Part shown: piece after piece, positions 26,744 to 38,559 of the stretch
How positions within the stretch are numbered: position 1 is the stretch's first letter
Layout of the letters: each line of letters opens with the position of its first letter
Source of the DNA: Anolis carolinensis
Taxonomy: Eukaryota
Length of the DNA stretch: 64,000 nt
Assembly: GCF_035594765.1 (NCBI RefSeq)
Contig: NC_085841.1
Coordinates: 316,829,402 to 316,893,401, forward strand
Reading direction: 5' to 3'
Notes under the pieces: generated by a model
Databases searched by the model: none
What the model was told of the DNA's origin: nothing
What the model saw: only the letters and a program-made list of their open reading frames with translations
Program-made: the position numbers and the translations under genes

Positions 26744-27479
26744 TGTCGGACCCCCAAACCTGGCCCCTTTCCGCCAGAATGGCCTCGATCCGGAGGGGCG
26801 GAGGAAGAGATCGAGGTGAGTGTGTGTGTGTTTCTTGGGGGGGGGGGGTCCGCCCCCCAAAATAAGCAGCAGCCGTCCAAGTCTTCCCTCTTCTTCGTCG
26901 TCCTTTCAGCACCTTCTTTGCCCCGGAGTTGGGTCGATGATTATTCCTCTTCCGCGTCGACGACTGCTGCTCCTCCTTCTAGTTCTTCCCTTTGGAAGAA
27001 GGCAGCTTGGAGCCTCTCTCGGTGGCTCCCTCGGGCTGCGGCTGCTCCTTCTCGCAGCGCCTGGCCTTCACCTCCTTCCTTCCTTCCTTCCTTCCTGCCT
27101 TCCTTCCCTCCCTCCTCCCCTCCTCCCTCCAAACAAGTCTTCCCCCCTTCCTCCTCCTCTTCTTCTTGAGCTGCCAGCCCCGGGCCAGGAAGGAAAGAGC
27201 CTCCTCGGCTTAAATTCCACCAGACACCCAACAACGCCCAACAAATCCGAAAAAGGGAAGGCGGAGAAGGCGGGGGAGGTTGAGAGAGAGAGAGAAAAAA
27301 AAGGCTCAGAGAGAGAGAGAGAGAGAGAGCGGAGGCAGCACGGAGAGGGGAACTAATTCAGCCCCAGGCGGGCGAGAGGAAGCAGGAGGAGGAGAAGGAG
27401 GAGGAGGAGGAGGAGGAGGAGGGGGAGTTTTAAAGCAAGAGGGGGAAAGGGGGATGCGTCACGGCTGGTGGCTGCGAGG

Positions 27480-28730
27480 AGGAGAAGGGGAAAAAAAGGA
27501 AGGAAGGACAAGGAGGAAGAAGAGAAGTCCCTCACGCAGGCACAGAGATAGGGAAGGGGCGCAAGAAGGTAGGAGAAGGAGAAGAAAAAAGAGTCCCGTC
27601 ACAGAGCGGGAAGAGGAGAAAGAAGCCAAGAGGAGGAGGTAAAAGAGGATCTTACAGAGAGAATTAAGGAAGGGGAGTAAGAAGCCAGGAGGAGGACACA
27701 GAGAAATAGAAAAGGAGACCAAGAAGCCAGGACGAAGAAGAGTCTCTCACAGAGAGGGAAGAGAAGGGGTGAAAGAAAAAGGAAAAAGAAGAGTCTCTCA
27801 CAAAGAAGGAAGAGGAGAAGGAAGCCAAGAGGAGGAGGAGTATCTTATAGAGAGAACTAAAGAAGCGGAGTAAGAAGCCAGGAGGAGGAAGAGTTCCTCA
27901 CACAGAGAACTAGGGAAGGGGAGCAAGAAGCCAGGAGGACGAAGAACAATCTCCAACAGAGAGAGAAGAGAAGAGGTGAAATAAGCCAGGAGGAGAAAGA
28001 AGAGCCTCTCACAGAGAGAGAAGAGAAGGGGTGAAAGAAGCCAGGAGGAGAAAGAAGAGTCATAGAGAGGGAAGAGAAGAGGTGAAAGAAGCCAAGAGAA
28101 GGATAAAAAAAGGAAAAAGAGAGGGAAAAGGAGGAGAAGCCAAAAGGAAGAGGAAAAAGAGAATCTTATAGAGAGAACTGAGAAAAGGGAGTAAGAAGCC
28201 AGGAGGAGGTGGAGGAAGAGTCCCTTACACAGAACTAGGAAAGGGGATCAAGAAGCCAGGAAAACGAAGAAGAGTCCCTCACAGAGAGGGAAGAGGAGAA
28301 AAAAAGCCAAGAGGAGGAGGAAGAAGTGTATCTCACAGAGGGGGGGGGGGGGGGAGAAACAAGGAGAAAAAGGAAAAAAAGAACAAGAGTCTCTCACAGA
28401 GAGGGAAGAGGAGAAAGATGCCAAGAGGAGGAAGAGGATTTTACAGAGAGAACTAAGGAAGTAGAGCAAGAAGCCAGGAGGAGGTGGAGGAAGAGTCTCT
28501 TACACAGAGAACTAGGAGCAAGAAGCCAGGAGGAGAAAGAAGAGTCTCTCACAGAGAGGGAAGAGAAGGGGAGAAAGAATCCAGAAAGAGAAAAACGGAA
28601 AAGAAGAAGAGTCTCTCACACAGAAGGAAGAGAAGGGGAGAAAGAGGCCAGAAGGAGGAAGAGCCCCTCAGGCATATACAGAGAGATAGGGAAGGGGGGC
28701 AAGAAGCCAGGGGATCAAAAGAAGAACCCC
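27480..28730. repeat. Degenerate polypurine (GA-rich) minisatellite directly upstream of SPRED1 promoter
   Basis: Recurring units such as aagaagccaggagga...agagtctctcacagagagggaagaga, with an extreme purine bias on the + strand over about 1.25 kb. Confidence 0.9.
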
Positions 28731-28753
28731 CCCACACACACACACACACATAT

Positions 28754-28902
28754 AGGCCCCTTCCACACAGCTGAATAAAATCCCACATTATCTGATTTGA
28801 ACTGGGATATATGGCAGTGTAGACTCAGATAACCCTGTTCAAATCAGATATTGTGGGTTATTCTACCTTGATATTCTTGGTTATATGGCTGTGTGGAAGG
28901 GC
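28754..28902. mobile_element. PIF/Harbinger-like MITE
   Basis: TIRs ggccccttccacacagc / gctgtgtggaagggc. Confidence 0.7.
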
Positions 28903-28920
28903 TCATAGTTAGAGAATTCA

Positions 28921-29400
28921 ATGTGTTGTCGAAGGCTTTCATGGCCGGAATCACAGGGTTGCTGTGAGTTTTCTGGGCTGTATGGCCATGTTCCAGAAGC
29001 ATTCTCTCCTGGCGTTTCGCCCACATCTATGGCAGGCATCCTTAGAGGTTGTGAGGTATATTGGAAAACCTAAGCAAGGGAGGTGTATATATCTGTGGAA
29101 GGTCCAGGGTGGGAGAAAGAACTCTTGTCTGTTGGAGGGCAGTGTGAATGTTGTAATTAATCACTTTGATTAGCATTTAATGGCCTTGCCAGCTTCATGT
29201 CCTGGCTTCTTCCTGCCTGGGGGAATCCTTTGTTCGGAGGTGTTAGCTGCCCCTGATTGATTCATATCTGGAATTCCTCTGTTTTCAGAGTGTTGTTCCT
29301 TATTTACTGTTCTGATTTTAGAGGGTTTTTTTTTTAAACTGGTAGCCAGATTTTGTTTATTTTCATGGCTTTCTCCTTTCTGTTGAAATTGTCTACATTG
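28921..29400 (-). mobile_element. Penelope-like element fragment
   Basis: Same family as 19170-19380, with a 9-bp TSD, GAGAATTCA. Confidence 0.85.
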
Positions 29401-29851
29401 GAGAATTCAGTTGGAGCGCCCGATTTTCCCAGCGTGAAAGGCAACATCAACTGCTACAATGTTCTCTCTTCATTCCTTGGGGGGAAACTGTGAGGAAGCG
29501 TGACTTCCCAAGCTCCTTCCGAGCTCACTTTGGGAGAGGAAGGGAAGGGAAGGGAAGGCCGCCCTGTTTGGGAAGAGGAGCCTTGAGAGTCTCCAGGACC
29601 GAGGAGAAATGTCCTGGGAACTTCACCTTTTCTGTGAATAGAAACGGAGGGACAAAAGGCACCTGAGCTTTTTCCACGCCAAGGGCGTCCTCCTTCCCCT
29701 CTCCCAGTGCCATTGCACTTCAAGAAGAATGCTTTGGCAGCTGGGTCTACACTGTAGAATTAATATGGGTTGGCACACTACTTTAACTACCACGGTTTAG
29801 TGCTAGGGAATGATGGAAGTTTGTACTTTGATGAGGCACCATCACCAAACT

Positions 29852-30490
29852 GGGCCCCCCTTCACACAGCTGAATGAAATCCCACATTTTCTGCTTTGAA
29901 CTGGAATATATCGCAGTGTCGACTCAGAGCCCTTCGACACAGCCATATAACCCAGAATATCAAGGCAGAAAATCCCACTATATGTATTTTGAACTGGGTT
30001 CTCTGAGGGCCCTTTCACACAGCCCTATATCCCTGAACATCAAGGCAGGAAACCCCACATTATCTGATTGTGGACTCAGAAAACCCAGTTCAAAGCAGAT
30101 ATTGTGGGATTTTCTGCCTTGGTATTCTGGGATATTGGGCTGTGTGAAAGGGCCCTGAGTCCACACTGCCATATATTCCAGTTCAAAACAGATATTGTGG
30201 GATTTTCTGCCTTGGTATTCTGGGATATAGGGCTGTATGGAAGGGCCCTGAGTCCATACTGTCATATATTCCAGTTCAAAACAGATATTGTGGGATTTTC
30301 TGCCTTGATATTCTGGGATATAGGGCTGTGTGGAAGGGCCCTGAGTCCATACTGTCATATATTCCAGTTCAAAGCAGATAATCTGGGATTTTATTCAATT
30401 ATGTGGAAGGGTCCTCAGAAAACCCAATTCAAAGCAGACATTGTGGGATTTTCTGCCTTGATATTCTGGGTTTTATGGCTGTGTGGAACT
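29852..30490. repeat. Tandem/inverted array of Harbinger-like MITE units (93-bp period)
   Basis: Repeated unit ccagttcaaa.cagatattgtgggattttctgccttg...gaagggccctgagtcca. The 31-aa periodicity in ORF 29978-30358 reflects the 93-nt unit. Confidence 0.85.
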
Positions 30491-30564
30491 ACAACTCTCA
30501 CTGTTTCATCGCATTGAGCCATGGGCAGTTAAAAGTGGTGCCAAATTGCGTTAATTCTACAGTG

Positions 30565-31520
30565 TAGATGCACCGGAGGAGGAGTCTGTTTTCATTTAAC
30601 TTCCATTTCCCTCACGAAAGGCAGTGCGCTGCGTCCCTTCATTCAGCCTTTCGAGGCGCTGTTTTATTGGCGAGTTTATTATTCGCTTTTGTGGTCATCT
30701 TCTCCTCACACGTACACACTATTTTACTCACACAACTTCAACGCAGAGGGGGGAAGAGGCCAGGCCCACTTCTCCGCCTTTAGTTCCTCTAAATGAGAGG
30801 AGAAAGGTATGGTAGGGAGCCTCCAATTCATAAATATTTCGCGACCACGCGAGAAAGGCTCTCTCTGTCCTATGGAGGCGCAATTATTGTCTCCAGAAAG
30901 ACAACAAGGCGAAGAAGAGACGGAGGACGAGGAATAAATAACCCTTGAAAGGTCCCTCAGGCCGCAGTGTGTGTTTTCTTTCCCCACTCAGCCTCTCAAG
31001 CTCCCGCCATTCAAGTCCCCTGAAAGTAGTCCCTCCTTTTCGTTCACTTTATTTTTCGCGCGGAGGGATATTCTCGGGAGGTTGGCTCTCTTTTTGGAGT
31101 GAGGGGGCCGGAGGAGAGCTGTTGTGGGAAAACTAGCTTTCATGTTGGGCCAGGATGGCTTCAGCCGCGGTCCCTTGCTTTCAGAAGGGGCCAGCTCCTT
31201 TCTCCTGACCCCCACCGCCCCTTTGGGGCGGTTGGGGGTCAGGAGAAAGGAGCTGGCCCCTTCTGAAAGCAAGGTACCGCGGCTGAAGCCTCCAAGGCGC
31301 ATGCACACTGCCATACTCGTTCCAAGTTGTTTCCCCTCCGGGAACTTTTTTCTCTCCCAGTCTCCCTCCGCTCGCCCAGCCACGCAGGAGGGAGCTTTTC
31401 GCACCCTCAGGGCACGAGCCTTAGCACACTCGTGGCTCAGGGCGTGGGATTTGTAGCGCCGTGGAATCGGGCTCACGCGGACAAACCCCTGCTCCTGCCG
31501 GAGAGGAGAAGGAGCGCAAA
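30565..31520. promoter_or_regulatory. Second CpG-rich, TE-free island about 3-4 kb upstream of SPRED1 TSS (candidate enhancer or promoter)
   Basis: CpG-rich unique sequence between MITE clusters. It contains a long palindrome. Confidence 0.5.
31157..31290. repeat. Near-perfect palindrome (65/66-bp arms, TTT loop)
   Basis: 31157-31221 is the reverse complement of 31225-31290 apart from one substitution and one 1-nt indel. Confidence 0.97.
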
Positions 31521-31745
31521 GACAACAACAACAATCACATCATGCCCCCCCCCCCTTGAGATTGGGCTGTCTAGCTGGTTATTATGGCAAAACATACACC
31601 TTGCAAAGCAGAATTCAAAGTCATATCCGTGTTAAGCCCCTTCGACACTGCCATATAAAATCCATCTTATCTGCTTTGAATTGGGTTGTATGGCAATGCA
31701 GACTCTTCATCCAGTTCAGTGTGGATTATCTGCTTTGGCAATGGA

Positions 31746-32052
31746 GGTAAAGGTAAAGGTTTTCCCCTGACATTAAGTCCAGTCGTGTCCGACTCTTGGG
31801 GTTGGTGCTCATCTCCTGACATTAAGTCCAGTCGTGTCCGACTCTTGGGGTTGGTGCTCATCTCCATTTCTATGTCTGGAGCGCCGCTACCTTCCCGCCA
31901 GAGCAGTACCTATTGATCTACTCACATTATTATTGGTTTTTATTATTGTTCTTTGATGTTACATATTTTATTTTATCATTGTTTTGTATCTGATTTTGCT
32001 GTAAGCTGCCCCGAATCCCCTTCGGGGGAGATGGAGGCGGGATATAAATAAA

Positions 32053-32091
<39 letters not shown>

Positions 32092-32228
32092 TGCATGATT
32101 TCGAACTGCTAGGTTGGCAGAAGCTTGGGCTAACAGCGGGAGCTCACCTCACTCTCAAATTCGAACCGCCGACCTTTCAGTCAGCAAGTTCAGCAGCTCA
32201 GTGGTTTAACCCACTGTACCACTGAGGG
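31746..32228 (-). mobile_element. Sauria-type SINE interrupted by LINE tail, with 49-bp internal duplication
   Basis: (AAAGGT)n end, a duplicated cctgacattaag...catctc segment, and an insert at about 31927-32091 ending in (ATT)n. Confidence 0.8.
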
Positions 32229-32263
32229 CAATGAAGAAGGGCCCTTAATCTGCAATATCAATA

Positions 32264-32586
32264 CAGTAGAGTCTCACTTATTCAAGCCTCGCTTATCCAA
32301 GTTTCTGGATTATCCAAGCCATTTTTGTAGTCAATGTTTTCAATATATCGTGATATTTTGGTGCTAAATTCGTAAATACATTAATTACAACATAACATTA
32401 CTGCGTATTGAACTGATTTTTCTGTCAAATTTGTTGTCAAACATGATGTTTTGGTGCTTAATTTGTAAAATCATAACCTAATTTGATGTGTAATAGGCTT
32501 TTCCTTAATCCCTCCTTATTATCCAAGATATTCGCTTATCCAAGCTTCTGCCGGCCCGTTTAGCTTGGATAGGTGAGTCTCTACTG
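32264..32586. mobile_element. Tc1/mariner-type MITE (same family as 19703-20027)
   Basis: TA TSD and TIRs CAGTAGAGTCTCACTTAT / ATAGGTGAGTCTCTACTG. Confidence 0.9.
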
Positions 32587-32711
32587 TATGTACAAGGATC
32601 CTGGTGCCATTATAGCAGCTAAACACCACATTTAAGTGCCATGGCTTGTTGCTATAGAGCCCCAGGAGTTGTGGTTTGGTGAGGCACCAGCACTCTTGGG
32701 CAGGGAAAGCT

Positions 32712-32971
32712 TTTTGTTTCTCCTCGTGTCAGGAGCGACTTGAGAAACTGCAAGTCGCTCCTGGTGTGAGAGAATTGGTCGTCTGCAAGGACGATGCCTA
32801 AGGGATGCCCGTATGTTTTACCATCCTGTGGGAGGCTTCTCTCATGTCCCCGCATGGGAAACCGGAGCTCACAGAGGGGAGCTCACCCCGCTCCCTGGAT
32901 TCGAACCACCGACCTTTCGGTCAGCAGTCCTGTCGGCACAAGGATTTAATCCACTGTGCCACCGAGGGCTT
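32712..32971 (-). mobile_element. tRNA-derived SINE (second family; copies at about 35978-36250 + and 63030-63415 -)
   Basis: 11-bp TSD CAGGGAAAGCT, a shared body gacttgagaaactgcaagtc, and B-box GGTTCGAATCC on the minus strand. Confidence 0.88.
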
Positions 32972-34569
32972 CAGGGAAAGCTAGAGACCTTGCAAAACTA
33001 TAACTCCCATGATGTATTCTAAAGTGTTGGTGCTGCCTTAGTTGGAAAAGGAATCACCATTTTCATATCTGCTGGGCATTACATTATCAAAGATCTGAGA
33101 TGACTTGCTATCAAGCTATACAGGCCCAAGAGAGAGCCTTCAGTATATTATTATTTATTCTTATGTTGTTTACTTATATCCGGCTTCATCTCCCAAAGGA
33201 GGCTCAAAGTGGCTTGCAATTAAAAGCATGACCACATCATTCACAATATAGAAATAAGCAAACATTAAAACAGAATTAAACATAACAATATTAAAATTCA
33301 GTTAAAACCCATTAAGACATATTCAAGGCTAAAAATTGTAGCACCCCCTGACTTACTCTTAAAAACCTTCTTCTTTAAAAACCTGTCTGAATAAGAAGGT
33401 TTTAGTCTTCTTATCCAAACCTGAACAAAATTTATTCTGTTGTACAGTATCTCTTTGGTAGGGGAAGACATCTAAAACAGGAAACATTAAAATGACTATT
33501 TACAAGTACAGAATTAATATGTGAGATAACAGTCTAGGATTAATGGCTTTGTTTTGAAGTACATGTTTTCCATTCGTAAAGTAAATACAATATCCAGGTG
33601 TGTGTGTACATGTGTATGCCTTCAAGTTGCCTGTTGACTTGCAGTAACCCTATGGATTCCATAGAGTTTCCTTAGATAAGGAATATCCAGAGGTTGTTTT
33701 CCCAGTTCCTTTCTTCCTACAACCTCGCAGACATTAATTGGTGATGTCCCATCTAAGTAGAACCATAGACTTGGAAGAGACCACATGGGCCATCTAGTCC
33801 AACCACCTCCCATACAGGGAAAGCACAATCAAAGCACCCCCAACAGATGGCCTTCCAGCCTCTGTTTATAAGCCTCCAAAGAAGGAGCCTCCACCACACT
33901 GCTAGGCAGAGAGTTCCACTGTTGAACTTACAGTCAGGAAGGAATCTCCTTTCCTGTAATATAAACCCATTGTTCTGGGTCCTAGTACTAACCAGAGCTG
34001 ACCCTGCTCAGATTATCATATCAGAAGGGTTATTTAGGCCAGCCTGAGATCCAAGTATCATTTTTTGTAGTCTGTTTCAAACAATATGAACAGATAACAG
34101 CATACAGTCCTGACAACGATGCCACAGTCCTGCACATGTAAAGGCTACTAAACTCCAAGTGACCTTGAGATTTAAGCAGCCTAACTCTGTGCAGACATGA
34201 ATCCTTGGTATTACTTCTCATTTTCTACAGCCAAAATCCTCTGGCTTGTAAAAACAGAGTGGTCATTGCCTAGATTCTGCTAATACGGGTTTAGCTGAAT
34301 TGAGCTGCTTATATGAGTAATTCAGTAATATCTGATCTTGCTAATTTTTGAAAAGGATTTCATGTATAAACATCAGATGGTGAAAATGTTTCCTAGCTGT
34401 GTACTTTTTGTTTAATAGCTACAACTCAAAGACAGATTTTGGAAAGCAGCCCTTTATAAGATCCTGTTTAATCCCCCAAAGTTGTTGTTGTTATCTCCCA
34501 TTGCCAAACACAAGAGTTGTAATTGGAAAACAGCCCTTTGTAAGACCCTGTTTAGTCCCCCAAAGTAAT

Positions 34570-34570
34570 T

Positions 34571-34622
<52 letters not shown>
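34570..34622. repeat. (CAT)n microsatellite
   Basis: Direct reading. Other trinucleotide tracts are (ATT)n at about 20321, 32053 and 35014, and (AAT)n at about 58750. Confidence 0.97.
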
Positions 34623-34624
<2 letters not shown>

Positions 34625-34633
34625 GTCATTAAA

Positions 34634-34770
34634 CCTACCTCACAACCTCTGAGGATGCCTGCCATAGATGTGGGAGAAACGTCAGGAGAGAATACTTCTA
34701 GAACATGGCCATACAGCCCGGAAAATATACAACAGCCCTGTGATCCCGGCCATATAAGCCTTCGACAACC
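34634..34770 (+). mobile_element. Penelope-like element terminal fragment
   Basis: Same family, with TSD CATTAAA and a hammerhead-like core at 34649-34684. Confidence 0.85.
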
Positions 34771-34869
34771 CATTAAAGATAGTTCCTTGGGTCTTGCACT
34801 CCACTTTTTGTATTTTTTTTTCACCTCAGCCCTCTCCCCTTCTTTTTTTTACACAAGCATTAAAAAAAT

Positions 34870-35012
34870 CCACAAATAATAACACAGCCCAACCAAAAAC
34901 ATTTTTTTCTTGGTGTCTTGGTTTATAGGCCTGTTCATGGGGTTATTTGGAGTGCTGATTCAGAAAATTGCCTTGGATAGACCCCTTGGGGAGATAGGGC
35001 AGAATACAAACA

Positions 35013-35071
<59 letters not shown>

Positions 35072-35316
35072 CAGCTCAATATGGTTTTATGTGGGCGAGC
35101 AGATGGTGACTACTAGATGGCATGTGTTCTGTATCAGAACCTAGAGCTGATGTTGTCTATCCAATGCAATTTTCTGAATCAGCACCCCAAAAACCAAACC
35201 AAATCTAAAGTTGACCAAAAACTGATTTGTAACCCTTTTTGGTACTAATGTTGGAGAGTGGTCCCTGGTCAAAGTGGTGCCAGACCAAAAAAAAAAAAAA
35301 AGGCTGGGAACCACTG
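34870..35316. mobile_element. hAT-like non-autonomous element remnant with (ATT)n insert
   Basis: Right end aggctgggaaccactg, and internal inverted segments (gctgattcagaaaattg / caattttctgaatcagc). Confidence 0.55.
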
Positions 35317-38300
35317 CTCTAGAAGAATGTGAACCATGTTCACTTTCTCCTTCTAGAAAGGACACTTTTGATCAGAGGACAGTCTTGGTCCATCCATTGG
35401 CCAGAGAGAGAGAGCAGCAGTTTCAGTGCTTGCTTTCCCTGTTCCTTTCTTTTTGTGCCTTGTATATTGGGGGACTTGTTGATCTTTCAATACACAGCAT
35501 GACTGCTGTATCTGCTGGGAATATACTTCACAAAACCATAGATAAATGACTTTCAGTGGCATCATATTATAGGGTTGTGCTGGAGGACCTAGGAAATGCC
35601 TAGAGATGACATATTATGTAAAAGGCAGGTAAATAGATATGGAGATCATTCCATATGTATGGGACTTAGAATATTTAGGGTTACTTTAAAAGTATTATGT
35701 GACAACCACCAATACTACTATTGTTGTGTGGGCTCCTCTGACCTATCTCATGCTGTATTAACCATTTGTGTGTGCTTCCGTTGTTGCCGCACCCAATGCC
35801 TACCAATGGTCATGAAAATAGGTTTGGAGGATAAAGGCCTTTTCAGACTACACAATAATAATGTGATGACTTCTGCTGCTATGGCAGCATCCTATAGGAG
35901 TCTGGAATTTGCAGGATTCTCTGCTGGAGCACTCCAGAGCCTATCAAAACTACAAGACACCATTCCATAGAATTCATCTGGAGCCCTGGGTGGCACAGTG
36001 GGTTAAACCCTTGTGCTGGCAGGACTGATGACTGGAAGGTTGGGTTTCTGACTCGAATCCAACACAGGGAGAGGTGGATGAGCTCCCTCTATGAGCTCCA
36101 GCTTCATGCAGGGACATGAGAAGCCTCCCACAAGGATGGTAAAAATATCAAAACATCCAGGTGTCCCCTGGGCAACGTCCTTGCAGACAGACAATTTTCT
36201 CACACCAGAAGTGACTTGCAGTTTCTCAAGTTGCTCCTGACATAAAAAAAGGATTCATCAGGTGATTAAAGTGAGGTCATTTCATTTCATTTTCATTCGT
36301 TTTTAATGTGCACATTTATTTATGAATTTTACCTGATATACATATTTTTTTCATAAACTAAAGCAATGTCTCTGAACATTTTAAATGTTTTATGTGGTCA
36401 ACAGACTGATGCGAATCAGATCTAATCCTGTTGTCCATGTTGCTTCGAAGCTGCGGAGATACTCTAGAGTACTCCCTACTTTCCGTGGTGTAAGATGCTA
36501 ACGTGGTGTAAGATTGTTTAACACATACTTAGCAGATGTGAAAAAAAGTTGTGGGAACAGCCAGGGGCAAATTCAGGGTGAATCTGGGTTATAATTGCCA
36601 TGTAGACAATCTCAGGTTCGAAATACAGTAACACGATCCCAAACACCAGAAGAAATAAATACTAAAGTACATGTTGATAGCATGATTAGATAAACAGATT
36701 CGTTGCTATGGGTGCATAACCACTATTTCTGAGACCTTAAGAAAGAAACAATTTATTTCAAAATGCAGTTCAAAGATAAGCTCCCCATTAGTCAATTTAT
36801 AATATCTCAAAAACAGTGTTCATAACAAAAGGAAACCTCACCACCAGTTTCTTTCATAGCTGCATTTTTCAAATCTATCAGTTCTTTGTCTTTTTCTAGT
36901 GTGACTGTGGCTCGAAACTGTCACTGAGTCACACAGCTGTCTTTAGGCCTATGGCCAATATAATTACAGCAACAACTTCTGAACCACTGTAAAATAAAAG
37001 AAGGTAGTCTTTAGGCTCACTAGAGACATGATTAATGCACCAAGTTGACAATGTTAAACAAATGTTAGCAATGTCAAATAACAAGAAATCAGTGAAGCTA
37101 CTGGTTTATCAAAGCTGTCTCAAGCTAATGGGCTCTTGAAATAGTTTTGCAATGAAGTCAAAATAATAGCAGCACACCTAAATACCCTAAAGGCACCAAA
37201 TCCCATCTGATCTTGAAAACTAAGCAGGGTCAGCTGTGGTTAGAATTTGGATGGGAGACCATGAATGAATAGTGAGTGCTATATATTATATTTTAGAGGA
37301 AGGAACTGGAAAATCACCTCTGACTATTCCTTGCCTAAGAAAAACCTATAAAGTTCATGGAGGTACCACAAGTCAACCGACAGCTTGAACATACACCCTG
37401 ATATTGCTATGACAGAAACTCTAAGCCGTGAGCCTCTCAGCAAACACTATCAGATTAACTGTTTAAAATGGATCTCTAAGTTTGTTTGTTCTAAATAAAA
37501 TGAATGTCAGCTGTTTGGCAAACCTGTTTTTTTTAAAGTTACTCAGAAAATGCCTATAGAGGATAGGATAAAGTGTTCTGGGTCAGTGGAAAAGCAGCAA
37601 TGCCACTAAACTGCTTTGGAGAAGATGCTGTTCTGTACTGTCATTTACACTAAGCCAGAAACAAACATCAGTGGTATCTACATGATTATTGTTTATCAAT
37701 TCTGAAGGATTTGAAACTTATGGCATTCATCCTCAGTACTGCGGTAGGACTCACTTTGGTCTCTTAGTAAACTAGGATTGACAGTTGCTTCAGGCCACTG
37801 ATGAATTGATAGGATAGCCAAACAATAGTTTGATTAAATGCTTGCCTTTTGACCAATTAATTGATTCTGATATGGATGCAAACATACAAAGCCAGTACAA
37901 CCATTAGGCAAAGTGAGCCAGTCACCTCCAGTCACAGATTTTAGATTTCATGGAAACATTGTACTGATTGGGAGATGAAGTCGTGATAGGTCTGCTGCTC
38001 CAAGCATTCCTCACCATGGCTATGCTGGTTAGAGCTGCTGGGACTTGGGATTTGAACATTCTTAGAGAACCGTATGATTCTGAGTCCTTCTCTGCAATCT
38101 GCATCTTCCTTTGTCCCAACCCCATCCTGATCCGCTGATGCTGCTAAAATCTTGCCTGTTGGGGTAACTTGCCTCCCATGATGGTGCACACGGTGTAAAT
38201 CCAAGCTCTGTTTAATTTACCCTCTTGGGTGTCTGTGGCTCCATTTGTTTACACCCCTCATCAGCTGTTTCGGGATTTTAAAATACGCACATGCACTGGA

Positions 38301-38559
38301 GCAGTCCATAACAGCATATAGGGACAAAGTCCTGTGTTTTGCTTGAGTGTGAGGATATACAGTGATATGAATATTCTCATTTTCCTGTCGAAATCGGATT
38401 TTAAGCACACTTCTTAACACATGTTTTTCTGCTTTTAATGCGATCCAGCGCACATTTTTGGCAAATGTCATTTAGCCTTCCCCCTTTTAAATCCTGGTTT
38501 CTTCCACATTTTAGGGCCTGTGTAGAAAGACCCTTAGATAGGGTTATCATGATTTTATA

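Larger units (their letters stand above)
26560..27610 (-). promoter_or_regulatory. SPRED1: CpG-island promoter and 5'UTR of SPRED1
   Basis: High GC and CpG density against an AT-rich background. On the minus strand there is a CRE-like TGACGCA (27455-27461), then a TATA-like TTTAAAA (27428-27434) and (CCT)n/(CT)n tracts. The TSS is inferred near 27400. Confidence 0.8.

Noticed and set aside
26668-28788. Many overlapping ORFs (up to 178 aa) rich in S/P/L or R/E/K
   Set aside because: They are by-products of the GC-rich 5'UTR/promoter and the polypurine repeat, with no recognisable domain.
29978-30517. Periodic ORFs and regular repeats superficially like a CRISPR array
   Set aside because: The units are contiguous MITE-derived repeats with no unique spacers, in a eukaryotic context with no cas genes.
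30988-31476. Opposite-strand ORFs sharing identical peptide blocks
   Set aside because: An artefact of the DNA palindrome at 31157-31290.
34440-34566. Local 43-bp direct duplication and adjacent poly-His/poly-Met ORFs
   Set aside because: A small tandem duplication plus a (CAT)n microsatellite, with no coding or functional signal.
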